This document shows, piece by piece, positions 1-8,951 of a DNA stretch of 64,000 nucleotides (within the stretch, counting starts at the first letter, position 1; every line of letters begins with the position of its first letter). The notes under the pieces are model-generated. The model was not told where the DNA came from. It searched no databases and was given only the letters and a program-made list of their open reading frames with translations. The DNA is taken from positions 117,066 through 181,065 of the forward strand of contig CBDDKW010000013.1 in NCBI GenBank assembly GCA_965230425.1. The letters run 5' to 3'. A program made the translations under genes and the position numbers. The DNA comes from Gammaproteobacteria bacterium (GTDB lineage: Bacteria; Pseudomonadota; Gammaproteobacteria; UBA1113).

Positions 1-34
1 GGATGACAACAGTTACGCTATTGTCATCTCGAGC

Positions 35-1378
35 CTGAGGGATCGGCTCAAATATTAACATAAGAAGCCTCATAACAGTAAGTATTAATCTGTTTAATAG
101 ATTGTATAAAGTCGGCTTTATACAATCGCAACCTCTGTCCATGTTTACATACTGCATCACATGCTAAAGTGATGACAGATAATACATTCCTATGTCGAAT
201 AGTATTTGCTTGATAATGCCTACTTTGATTATTTTTTCGCAAAGCCAAACTAATAAGCCAGCATAACAATGTGGCTATCGCAGCAATCAGTAAAAGCATA
301 GCTAATCTTACTGGATTACGTGTTCCTGAAAATTTTAGACCAAAACCATATTTAGGATCTTTTATGTCACGAAACTCTTCTTCAATTTCCATTCTTTTCT
401 GATACAATTTAATTACTTTTTGGCCATTACATTGCTCAGGCGGTAATGATGTAATTATCAAAAAAGGTTCTCGATGGCTTTTAGAGTGTGCTTTACTTAC
501 TGCTTGTTGGCAGGACTTCTTGTCATAGGCATTTAAGCGTTTTCTTCCTTTGATTTTCCCTTTATACAAATACATATGGCTCTCTATCTGCTTGCTTTTA
601 GGAAATAATACCTTGCCTATATATTGGACTTTGGCATTGGCTTCATTGTATAACTCATAGGTATTCCCCCATGTCTGTGTGCGCGAATCATAAAAATTAT
701 TATTATTTCTTACACGTCCTAAATAGTGCCATCCCATTGATTCAACTTTTTTAAACCAAGGGGTTCTAAATCCTGCATCTGTAATAATTAATGGGCAACA
801 ATGTTCAGGAAGCACCGCTTTTAATGTGTCTAAAAAGCGATTGTGAATATCGTTGTTTTTTTCTTTTACTCGTGGGTGCACTTCTTCATAAATCGTTAGG
901 GAACGACCCTCGGCATTAACACTAGCGCGTAAACAATAGTTGTCATGGCTAGAGGTAGTACTCCAATCTACGCTAATCGATGGGTTCATCAAACCAGATA
1001 ATATGATACGCGCTCTTGCTTTATAAATCTCTGGAATATGCGCATGAATTTTCTTATTGCCAATCAACCGGTCTAACTTACGAATGCCATTTTTATTTGT
1101 ACAATCACCCTTCACATGTTTACCTAGTTGACTGATATTTAATCGTTTACACCGAATAAGGCTGTCGGCTGCATTGACTAAGGCTATGAGTCTTTTTAAA
1201 TGGAAATCGGGTAGTGCTTTTCTCAATAATTTCTGTAACAATACAGGTGCGTGCATGAGTGCCTCCTTAAATCGTTTTTGTGGTGAAAACAGATATTTGA
1301 TCAGAGTCGCTCATGCATGTCAACAACAATCCCTTGATTATTAATCGGTTTCTTTGGGATTTTGAGCCGATACGTCAG
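35..1378 (-). mobile_element. Complete IS4-family (IS10-like) insertion sequence, about 1344 bp, with 9-bp target-site duplication
   Basis: The terminal inverted repeats both start CTGA: left CTGAGGGATCGGCTCAAA at 35-52, right (reverse complement of 1361-1378) CTGACGTATCGGCTCAAA. An identical 9-bp direct repeat ATCTCGAGC flanks the element at 26-34 and 1379-1387. It contains a single transposase ORF. Confidence 0.85.
48..1256 (-). CDS. IS4/IS10-family DDE transposase
   Basis: 402-aa intact ORF. It has N-terminal ...PDFHLKRL...LGK...IRKLDRLIGN, central ...IITDAGF..PWFK, and a C-terminal Y-(2)-R-(3)-E-(6)-K signature (YQKRMEIEEEFRDIK). Overall it is collinear with the IS10 transposase as I remember it. 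Confidence 0.9.
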   Translation of the reverse strand: MHAPVLLQKLLRKALPDFHLKRLIALVNAADSLIRCKRLNISQLGKHVKGDCTNKNGIRKLDRLIGNKKIHAHIPEIYKARARIILSGLMNPSISVDWSTTSSHDNYCLRASVNAEGRSLTIYEEVHPRVKEKNNDIHNRFLDTLKAVLPEHCCPLIITDAGFRTPWFKKVESMGWHYLGRVRNNNNFYDSRTQTWGNTYELYNEANAKVQYIGKVLFPKSKQIESHMYLYKGKIKGRKRLNAYDKKSCQQAVSKAHSKSHREPFLIITSLPPEQCNGQKVIKLYQKRMEIEEEFRDIKDPKYGFGLKFSGTRNPVRLAMLLLIAAIATLLCWLISLALRKNNQSRHYQANTIRHRNVLSVITLACDAVCKHGQRLRLYKADFIQSIKQINTYCYEASYVNI

Positions 1379-1628
1379 ATCTCGAGCGCAGCGAGAGATC
1401 CCCCAGTGGTTTAGCTAATAAGAACAAAGAGCTGTTACTAGATAATCAAATCATCGGGAGATCCCTCCTAGAGACTATCGCCACTAGTCGGGATGACAAC
1501 ACTTTTTCTAATGATAGCATAGTTGATGACGGAATTTATTATTAATTACAATTATCGTTACTCTCAATGACCTTGTTAAACAACGATTAAAATATCTATA
1601 TGTCGTAATGAGTATCGTTTATTTGCTA

Positions 1629-3425
1629 TTAAGACGTAGCAGTAATTCTCTGTGCCGTTGCTGTGCTTGTCTGTTGTATTTGCTGCGCGCAGTTAGTATC
1701 AATATACTTACAGCCACTGGAGAGTTGAGAGGCTAATTGAGCCTTATCACATTGCATCGAGACGATACTATGCAGCATATGTTCACCTAAATTTTTCATC
1801 ACTTGGCTTGAGGCACTGTGCTCACTTTCAATGCTAGCACTTTGACGTGTTGATCGTGTAATAAAGATATCGCTTAAAGTGTCTATATCACTTTCATCGA
1901 GTGTTGCATTTTTATTATTGCGGTATTTAGCTAATAATCGTGTATAAGCTTGCGTTAAATCTTTTATGGATTGTGTACCACCAGTCATACGACGTCTGAA
2001 ACCACAATTTTCAGCATAAAAATCTAAATAAATCTTTAAGTCATTGACAGTGAGTCTTTGTTTCTTGTCAGGGAATTTAAATACATTGGCATGAATTTTT
2101 TGAAAAGTAGTGCCTTGCTGTTTTTGTTGTAGCTCATCAAGTTGGCCAAATAATTTTGCAGCATGATTTTTTACATGCTGAGATAGCTTATTACACATTT
2201 TAGTGGCTTGGCCGGTCGTATTACGGAAACTGTTGCTATTACGTTGGCGGCGTTGATGGAGAATTTCACTCAGAGGTAATAACTCTTGGACGCGTAATGC
2301 GTGCTGTAAATTGTATCCCTGCTCATGCAGTAGTCGCGTGGTAAAGTCATGTAAATCGCGATAGTGGCGAGGGAATGCATTGGCTAAATGAGCTGCATTT
2401 TTACGGTCTGAACCGCGTTTGCCAGAGTAGTAATTTAAATAATCAATGATACTTTTGATCGTGAGTGGTTGATTCTGGTTGGGTAAATTATTTTTTTGTT
2501 TTTGTGCTTCGCGTGCTTGGATATAAGCATCTCGATTAGTGGTGTGATTTTCTGCAACAAAATCAGCATTAAAGGGTACAGCCTGAGTGTTGGTGCTTAA
2601 TACTACTTGTTCCGGTGACATAACTAGATCGGGGCAATGATCATTGTCAATAATTTTAGCAACATAAGCACCTTTAATAATAGGGCGGATCCCAAAAGTA
2701 TTGGCAATGTGATTCTCTAATTCTGTCATGAGATGTTCTAAGACAAATGGTTCGTCTTGTTTAGGCATAATGGCAGATAGACCATGATTATTGATGATCT
2801 GTTGCGAAGCTAAATTTGAAATGCTTGCAAATTCAGTATCTTCAATTTCCTGTAAATGGCCATCAGAACCTAGCTTATAGAATTTATTTTCGTGTAAGGT
2901 GAGGAAGCATAATTGTATATTCAAGAAATACACGGCTTGCTCGCCAGTAGGATCTATATGTTTAAAGTATAATGCATAGGTTGATGTGCCTGCCGTACTT
3001 CCAGCTTGGATATTGAAAGAATGGTTTGGTTGTCCATCAATAGGTGATAGTAATGCAGTGAGTGGTGATGCTATTGTTTGACCACCCTGCGCTTTAATAA
3101 GGTCGGTGCGATGGATACCTGTACCAGCAAAAAATTGGTCGACAGTGTTATTAACCTCTGCTGCTGATGAGCCTTTAGTGGAAGCATCAGGACTAAAATA
3201 ATCATGCGTTGTAAAGTCTCTATTTGCTGCTGCAAACTCTATTGTAGGCCCGGTGTTATGAGGAAATTTTTCAGCTACGTTGGTAAGTTCAATTGATGTT
3301 GAGTCATTAGTAGCATCATTTCTACCGTTGAGGGCATTGGTGAGGTTGCGGGCAAAGTCAGCGAGCAGTACAGGTGATAAAGGAATAGTACCCACAAAGG
3401 GATTTGTAGTGTTGGTATTTGACAT
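1629..3425 (-). CDS. Hypothetical 598-aa protein with an internal roughly 100-aa tandem repeat; effector-like orphan
   Basis: Long intact ORF with no recognisable catalytic motif. The N- and C-termini are polar and S/T/N/Q-rich. Two related modules are present (LTIKSIIDYLNYYSGKRG... and LTVNDLKIYLDFYAENCG...). Confidence 0.65.
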   Translation of the reverse strand: MSNTNTTNPFVGTIPLSPVLLADFARNLTNALNGRNDATNDSTSIELTNVAEKFPHNTGPTIEFAAANRDFTTHDYFSPDASTKGSSAAEVNNTVDQFFAGTGIHRTDLIKAQGGQTIASPLTALLSPIDGQPNHSFNIQAGSTAGTSTYALYFKHIDPTGEQAVYFLNIQLCFLTLHENKFYKLGSDGHLQEIEDTEFASISNLASQQIINNHGLSAIMPKQDEPFVLEHLMTELENHIANTFGIRPIIKGAYVAKIIDNDHCPDLVMSPEQVVLSTNTQAVPFNADFVAENHTTNRDAYIQAREAQKQKNNLPNQNQPLTIKSIIDYLNYYSGKRGSDRKNAAHLANAFPRHYRDLHDFTTRLLHEQGYNLQHALRVQELLPLSEILHQRRQRNSNSFRNTTGQATKMCNKLSQHVKNHAAKLFGQLDELQQKQQGTTFQKIHANVFKFPDKKQRLTVNDLKIYLDFYAENCGFRRRMTGGTQSIKDLTQAYTRLLAKYRNNKNATLDESDIDTLSDIFITRSTRQSASIESEHSASSQVMKNLGEHMLHSIVSMQCDKAQLASQLSSGCKYIDTNCAQQIQQTSTATAQRITATS

Positions 3426-3538
3426 TGTTGTATCGCTCTATATCTGGTCTAGTTATCTTTGTTTGTACAAAGTGTAAGCAGACATCCTGGTTTTGTCCAA
3501 TTTGAGAGCAATTATATGTAATAAAGATTAAATGAATA

Positions 3539-4186
3539 TTAAGGATGGCCAACCCAGGCAGGAAAAATACTGGCCAATCCAGAGGTAAACATTCCCATGG
3601 CCATAGCAACCAAGATGAGTCCCATGATGCGAGTGGTAATTTTCACCCCAGAAACGCCTAATAAACGCCCTAAGTGGGAACCAAAGAACAATGTTAGGGC
3701 AATAACCGCTGCTACAATGACATCACCACCCGAAAGTATGAATTTAGCGGTAAATTGATGGTAATGTTGCAGACTTGCTAATATGGTGGCTATTGCACCA
3801 GGACCAGCAATAATAGGCATGGCCATAGGGACGACGGCAATAGAATCTTTTTGTTTGGCACTGTTTGCTTCTTCTTTAGTATGGGTCATGGGGCTAACTT
3901 CAGTATGTAGCATGGATAAACCTAGAAGAGTGATAATAATACCCCCAGCTAATTGTACTTCAGCCACTGAAATACCCATGATTTTTAATACGAGTTCGCC
4001 GAACCATGTGACAATTAAAAAGATAATCAAACAGGCAAATGCGGTGATGAGTGCCGTGTGCCGCTGTTCAGAGGGTGGACGTTCAGCCGTTAAACTCAGG
4101 AATATTGCTAAATTACCAATAGGGTTAGTAATAGCAAGTAGTGTAATAAGATAAGTAATGAATTGGCTGTAGATGCTAGTTGTCAA
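3539..4186 (-). CDS. MarC/UPF0056 family integral membrane protein
   Basis: 215 aa and multi-TM. It has the ITNPIGNLAIF motif near the N-terminus and a PMAMPIIAGPGAI motif, both typical of the MarC family. Confidence 0.85.
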   Translation of the reverse strand: MTTSIYSQFITYLITLLAITNPIGNLAIFLSLTAERPPSEQRHTALITAFACLIIFLIVTWFGELVLKIMGISVAEVQLAGGIIITLLGLSMLHTEVSPMTHTKEEANSAKQKDSIAVVPMAMPIIAGPGAIATILASLQHYHQFTAKFILSGGDVIVAAVIALTLFFGSHLGRLLGVSGVKITTRIMGLILVAMAMGMFTSGLASIFPAWVGHP

Positions 4187-4207
4187 TGTATCATTCCTTG
4201 TTAATTG

Positions 4208-4367
4208 ATTCCCTGTAGCTTGTTGCGGCTATCCTACGTTTGTGAATTCTTAATGGGAGTCAACATAGATCCCCTTTAAGCTATCTTTACGCTAACTTGG
4301 TTCGCACAGGCGACATATTGCTAGAGAATAAAATACCTGAGGCTTGCATTGAGGTTTTTTATTATCC
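4208..4367 (+). repeat. Copy 1 of a roughly 160-bp dispersed intergenic repeat (degenerate hairpin)
   Basis: Aligns along its length with 29392-29553. Shared blocks are GATTCCC(T/C)G(T/C)AGC..., GAGTCA.C.TAGATCCCC.TTAAG, TTGGTT.GC.CAGGCG..ATATT.CTAG..AATAAAAT.CC.GAG.CTTGC. Confidence 0.
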
Positions 4368-4444
4368 AGGTCGCATGAATATCACTATAACATGCAGTTA
4401 AAACCATATACAATAATGCACTTTATCAATGGGTGTATACCAAT

Positions 4445-5671
4445 ATGAATGAGAATGTAAAAAAGCCAAATTTGTTAACATTACTATTATTGATTTCTTT
4501 TGGCTCAGTAGGTGCTGTGTTGTATGCGCCGGCTATGCCACAAATCAGTGACTATTTTCATGTGAGTAACGCTACCATGCAGGCAACGGTTGCATTATAT
4601 TTAATTGGTTATGCCATAGGACAGATACCCTATGGGCCGATTGCCAATCGATATGGCCGCAAGACCGCTTTATATGTAGGTATTGGGATTGAACTTTTTG
4701 CTGCGGTTATGTCTATATTAGCGGGTGCGCTGAATGTATTCGCATTATTAGCAATTGCCCGAGTTTTAATGGCATTAGGTGCCTGTGTTGGTTTGACCAT
4801 GGTGTTTACCATTATTGCAGATAGTTACGAGAGTGTTCGTGCACGCAAAGCTACCAGTTTTTGTATGATGTCCTTCGCGATTATGCCTGGTTTATCAATC
4901 ATGTTAGGTGGATTTATTACCCAACATTTAGGTTGGCAAAGTTGTTTTTACTTTTTAGTGTTATACGGAATACTCATGTGGTATTTGGTGATGCGTATGC
5001 CAGAAACATCGCAGTGTAAAGATGGCCAAGCCATGCAACTGAAAAAAATTATAAAAAATTATAGCCAGCAGTTTGGTTCCATGAAATTAGTATTAGCTGC
5101 ACTGAATATTGGATGCTGTACAGCAATTATTTATATATTTGCAGCCAAAGCGCCATTTTTAGTGATTGAATTATTGAAGATAGATCCTGGGACATTTGGC
5201 TTACTTAATTTTGTCCCTGCATGTGGCATTTTATTCGGCTGTTTGTTATCTATGTATCTTGTGAATTATATGACGCCAATGCGTGTTATGTTCGCTGGGA
5301 TCAGTTTAATAGTGATTAGCTTGATCTTTATGTTTTGCTTATACTATCTGCATCCTCATAGCGTTGTAGCATTTTTTACACCCATGGTGTTCTTAAATAT
5401 TGGTTTAGCGCTGAATTTTACTAATTCAACTAATTACGCCATGAGTCAAACGGAACGCAAAGCGGATGCTTCTGCGGCAATGAGTTTCATTAATCTAGGG
5501 CTTGCTGTGATGTTGGTATTCAGTACGGGCTATGTGAAAGATACAGCAATATTGGAGTTGCCCATATTGTTTTCACTAGTTGCTGTGGGCATAGTGGTTT
5601 GTTATGCCTTGTTGTGCAGGCTGCAGATCCGCACAAATAATGAGAATGTCAGAGTGAGTAATGGTATTTAG
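4445..5671 (+). CDS. MFS transporter, Bcr/CflA-like drug efflux family
   Basis: 12-TM pattern with a GPIANRYGRK motif in loop 2-3. The ORF track starts at GTG 4433; the in-frame ATG at 4445 is preferred. Confidence 0.85.
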   Translation: MNENVKKPNLLTLLLLISFGSVGAVLYAPAMPQISDYFHVSNATMQATVALYLIGYAIGQIPYGPIANRYGRKTALYVGIGIELFAAVMSILAGALNVFALLAIARVLMALGACVGLTMVFTIIADSYESVRARKATSFCMMSFAIMPGLSIMLGGFITQHLGWQSCFYFLVLYGILMWYLVMRMPETSQCKDGQAMQLKKIIKNYSQQFGSMKLVLAALNIGCCTAIIYIFAAKAPFLVIELLKIDPGTFGLLNFVPACGILFGCLLSMYLVNYMTPMRVMFAGISLIVISLIFMFCLYYLHPHSVVAFFTPMVFLNIGLALNFTNSTNYAMSQTERKADASAAMSFINLGLAVMLVFSTGYVKDTAILELPILFSLVAVGIVVCYALLCRLQIRTNNENVRVSNGI

Positions 5672-5703
5672 AGCAATGATCGTTTTTATTGTGGAGTAAA
5701 GAG

Positions 5704-6603
5704 ATGGCTAGATTAAACAAGGGTGTTTGGGAGCAGGAAGATATGCTCAATCGACAGAGCACTGAAGGTGATGATCAATTTCACTCATGGTTAAGTGCCG
5801 ATAAGTCAGCGCGATTTCCAGCAGAGCCAGGACGCTATCATTTATATCTTTCTAAAGCTTGCCCCTTTGCACACCGTACCCATATTGGACTGATGTTAAA
5901 GGGCTTAGATCGATTGATAGACATTAGCTTTGCTGCACCAAGAGTAGAGACACAAGGTTGGACATATACAGAGGAGTATTCTGATAAATTATATGGAATA
6001 TCTCATCTACATGAATTGTATTGTAAAGCTAAAGTTGATTTCTCCGGTCGTGTTTCAGTTCCTGTATTATGGGATAAGCAAAGCGAAACAATCGTGAGTA
6101 CAGAGTCGGCTGATATTTTAAGAATGTTTAATTATGCCTTTAAGGATCTTGTACCACAAACAATTGATTTATATCCTGAAGCCTTACGCCAGGATATCGA
6201 TGCAATGAATAAACAAGTCTTTATTATTAATAGAGGTGTCTATCGTTGTGGTTTTGCCAAGGAACAGATTGTTTATGAAGAAGCATATGAGCGGTTGTTT
6301 ACTACGTTAGATGAGTTTGATGATCGACTTGCAAAACAAACCTATTTACTCGGTGATCAATTAACCGAGTCAGATATCCGTCTGTTTACCAGTTTATTGC
6401 GTTTTGATCCAGTGTATTATTTGTTGTTTAAATGTAATAAAAAATTCATTGCTGATTATGATAATCTGTCACGTTATTTAAAAACATTATCTCAGTTACC
6501 TGAAATAGCAAAAACCATTGATATTGAACAAATCAAAATACATTATTTTTACACGATGGCTCATATTAACCCTACAAGAATAGTACCTAAAGGGCCTGAG
6601 TAA
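5704..6603 (+). CDS. Xi-class glutathione S-transferase / glutathionyl-hydroquinone reductase (YqjG/ECM4-like)
   Basis: GRYHLYLSKACPFAHRT matches the GRYHLY.S.ACPWAHR active-site signature. ATG 5704 is preceded by GGAG; the ORF track extends to TTG 5689. Confidence 0.8.
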   Translation: MARLNKGVWEQEDMLNRQSTEGDDQFHSWLSADKSARFPAEPGRYHLYLSKACPFAHRTHIGLMLKGLDRLIDISFAAPRVETQGWTYTEEYSDKLYGISHLHELYCKAKVDFSGRVSVPVLWDKQSETIVSTESADILRMFNYAFKDLVPQTIDLYPEALRQDIDAMNKQVFIINRGVYRCGFAKEQIVYEEAYERLFTTLDEFDDRLAKQTYLLGDQLTESDIRLFTSLLRFDPVYYLLFKCNKKFIADYDNLSRYLKTLSQLPEIAKTIDIEQIKIHYFYTMAHINPTRIVPKGPE

Positions 6604-6796
6604 TACAGTAATTGCATTTTATAGGATAGTTGGTTACATAATCAGAAATTCTATTATCTTGCAGTTTAATGGTGGGATCCAGTAATTTTCAGATTTATAT
6701 AGATGTTTAGCATAGCTCCCTGCAGATTGCTGCGGATATTTTTAGTTTATAAATACGATTTTCACGATTTGAATAGATACTACGATGGAGATTTAA

Positions 6797-7486
6797 ATGC
6801 GTATACATGGAATAACTCATGCTGACTTCGAAAGCTTAGCTGCCATTGAAACTTGGATACAGGCACGTAATCATACGTTGACAGTTACAAAAGCATATAA
6901 TGATGAGCAGTTACCAGCAGTAAACGAATTTGATATGCTGATATTAATGGGTGGACCACAGAGTCCGAAAGACGTAGATAAATATCCTTATTTGGCAAAA
7001 GAAATGCAATTAATACGTGCTTCAATTGCCCAGGATAAGTATATTTTAGGTATTTGCTTGGGAGCACAATTAATTACTGAAGCACTAGGCGCAGCAACTC
7101 AATCAAGTCCTAAGCGTGAAGTAGGTATGTTTCCTGTTGTTAAAACAAGCAGTGGTCAGCATGACCCATATTTACAACATATACCCGAAGAATCTTTAGT
7201 GATGCATTGGCATAATGATATGCCAGGTGAGTTAGCTAATATGGAGATCTTATTGGAAAGTGCCGCATGTCCTTGTCAAGCCTATCGTATTGGTCAACGT
7301 ATTTATGGCTTCCAATGTCATCTAGAATTGACACGTGATAGCGTAGAATTATTAATAAAGCATGGGGAAAATGACTTACTTCCAGGTGACTACGTTCAGG
7401 ATGTGCAATCTATGCGAAATAATGATTATCGTCAGATGAATGAGAATTTATTCAAATTTTTAGATAGCTTTAGTGCAGATGTTTAA
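6797..7486 (+). CDS. Class I glutamine amidotransferase-like protein
   Basis: GICLGAQL nucleophile elbow and a C-terminal FQCHLE His-Glu pair. A good GGAG lies upstream of the ATG. Confidence 0.8.
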   Translation: MRIHGITHADFESLAAIETWIQARNHTLTVTKAYNDEQLPAVNEFDMLILMGGPQSPKDVDKYPYLAKEMQLIRASIAQDKYILGICLGAQLITEALGAATQSSPKREVGMFPVVKTSSGQHDPYLQHIPEESLVMHWHNDMPGELANMEILLESAACPCQAYRIGQRIYGFQCHLELTRDSVELLIKHGENDLLPGDYVQDVQSMRNNDYRQMNENLFKFLDSFSADV

Positions 7487-7561
7487 GCTTATCTAAGCCT
7501 AGTGTTATTACGTAGTTTTTTATAAAATAATATGCTATGTATTCATAATAATTATTTGGTA

Positions 7562-8008
7562 TTATTGCAATAATTCCAGATAATTTTGAATCTTTTGATT
7601 ACTAGGATCTAATGTCATCGCATGTTCAAAGGCACGTTTTGCGGCGTTAGGATTATTATCAGCCATATACAATCTGCCTAGGATGTACCAGCCTTGTGGA
7701 TCACCAGGGTTTTTAACTAAACGCACTTTGATTTTCTCAATCATGCCATTAACACCACCCAGTTGTTGGAATTCTGTCATTAATTGATAATGACTCTTAC
7801 CATGTGAGTACCATGCCGATAATTGCTTAGATGCGCCCCAATATTGATAAAAGACAAAAGTCGCAGCAACAAAAAAAAGTAAATAAAGTATTTGCGCTGG
7901 TGATTTGAAATTAGCAATAAAACCAGATGTTTTGATACTCGGCGTTAACATAATCATTAATGCTGAAATCAACATGAATACAAAAATACAATAAAGATAA
8001 GTCATCAT
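7562..8008 (-). CDS. ccmI: Cytochrome c-type biogenesis protein CcmI/CycH (short form: TM helices plus TPR)
   Basis: Last gene of the ccm operon; its start overlaps the ccmH stop by 4 nt. It has two N-terminal TM helices and a TPR-like C-terminus (GWYILGRLYMADNNPNAAKRAFEHAMTLDP). Confidence 0.65.
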   Translation of the reverse strand: MMTYLYCIFVFMLISALMIMLTPSIKTSGFIANFKSPAQILYLLFFVAATFVFYQYWGASKQLSAWYSHGKSHYQLMTEFQQLGGVNGMIEKIKVRLVKNPGDPQGWYILGRLYMADNNPNAAKRAFEHAMTLDPSNQKIQNYLELLQ

Positions 8009-8400
8009 GATGTGGTACTCTTTGACTTTCTAATATGAATAAACAAAATACTCAAGCCTATTAATAGTAATATAAATGGCATAGTCCATAACAATAATGT
8101 TGCTGATTTGAATGGTGGTTGGTATAAAACAAAATCACCATAACGTTGGACTAAATAATCAATAATAGCTTGATTTGATTCGCCTGCTTTGACTTTAAGA
8201 TAAATCTTTTGGCGCAAGTCATTGGCAAGATCCGCGTTAGACTCAGCTAAATTTTGATTTTGGCAGACTAAACAGCGTAGTTCTTTGGTTAAGGTCAGAA
8301 AGCGTTGACTATCATGCGGATTGTCAAAGGGGTATAGTTCATTACTGGCTATCGCAATAGTGCACACACAGAGCATCATGATAGCTAGACAGAGTTTCAT
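8005..8400 (-). CDS. ccmH: Cytochrome c-type biogenesis protein CcmH
   Basis: Signal peptide, LRCLVCQNQ (LRCxxCQ) redox motif, C-terminal TM helix. Translationally coupled within the ccm operon. Confidence 0.85.
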   Translation of the reverse strand: MKLCLAIMMLCVCTIAIASNELYPFDNPHDSQRFLTLTKELRCLVCQNQNLAESNADLANDLRQKIYLKVKAGESNQAIIDYLVQRYGDFVLYQPPFKSATLLLWTMPFILLLIGLSILFIHIRKSKSTTS

Positions 8401-8951
8401 GCCTTATTCTCACTATTCAGCTTATTAATTAATGGTAGTAAGGTATCATTCCAGTCATCCATACTAATGGGTCCAAGCTGTTTATAACGGATGATACCTT
8501 TTTTATCGATTATAAAGGTTTCTGGTGCACCATAGACACCCCAATCGATAGCCACATCACCGGCCTTATCTATAGCTACTTTACTATAAGGATTGCCATG
8601 ATTTTTTAATACTAATTGTGCATGGTCACGCTTATCTTTGTAATTTAATCCGATGATTTGGACTTTATGTTGATTAGCAATAGTAACCAAGTTAGCATGT
8701 TCTTCAGCACAAGCCACACACCAGCTTGCCCAGACATTAAAGAGTGTTACCTGATTTAAAAAGTCCTGGTTACTTACTTGTTTTGTTGCGTCTAATAAGT
8801 TGGGTAAAACAAATTCCGGTGCGGGTTTATTAATCAATGGTGAAGGCACATCGCGTGGTTTTAAATATAAGCCTCGCCAAAGCAGTAATAAAATTACAAT
8901 AAACAGTAGTAAGGGTAGTGTATAACGTAATGGTTTACCAAAATCAGCCAT
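8397..8951 (-). CDS. ccmG: Thiol:disulfide interchange protein CcmG/DsbE
   Basis: N-terminal TM anchor, thioredoxin WASWCVAC motif, GVYGAPETF motif, and operon position. Confidence 0.9.
   Translation of the reverse strand: MADFGKPLRYTLPLLLFIVILLLLWRGLYLKPRDVPSPLINKPAPEFVLPNLLDATKQVSNQDFLNQVTLFNVWASWCVACAEEHANLVTIANQHKVQIIGLNYKDKRDHAQLVLKNHGNPYSKVAIDKAGDVAIDWGVYGAPETFIIDKKGIIRYKQLGPISMDDWNDTLLPLINKLNSENKA

Noticed and set aside
3280-4154. Small ORFs 3280-3477 (+), 3358-3609 (-) and 3783-4154 (+)
   Set aside because: They overlap the ends or the antisense strand of the 598-aa gene and the MarC gene. Their composition is not protein-like and they have no translation signals.
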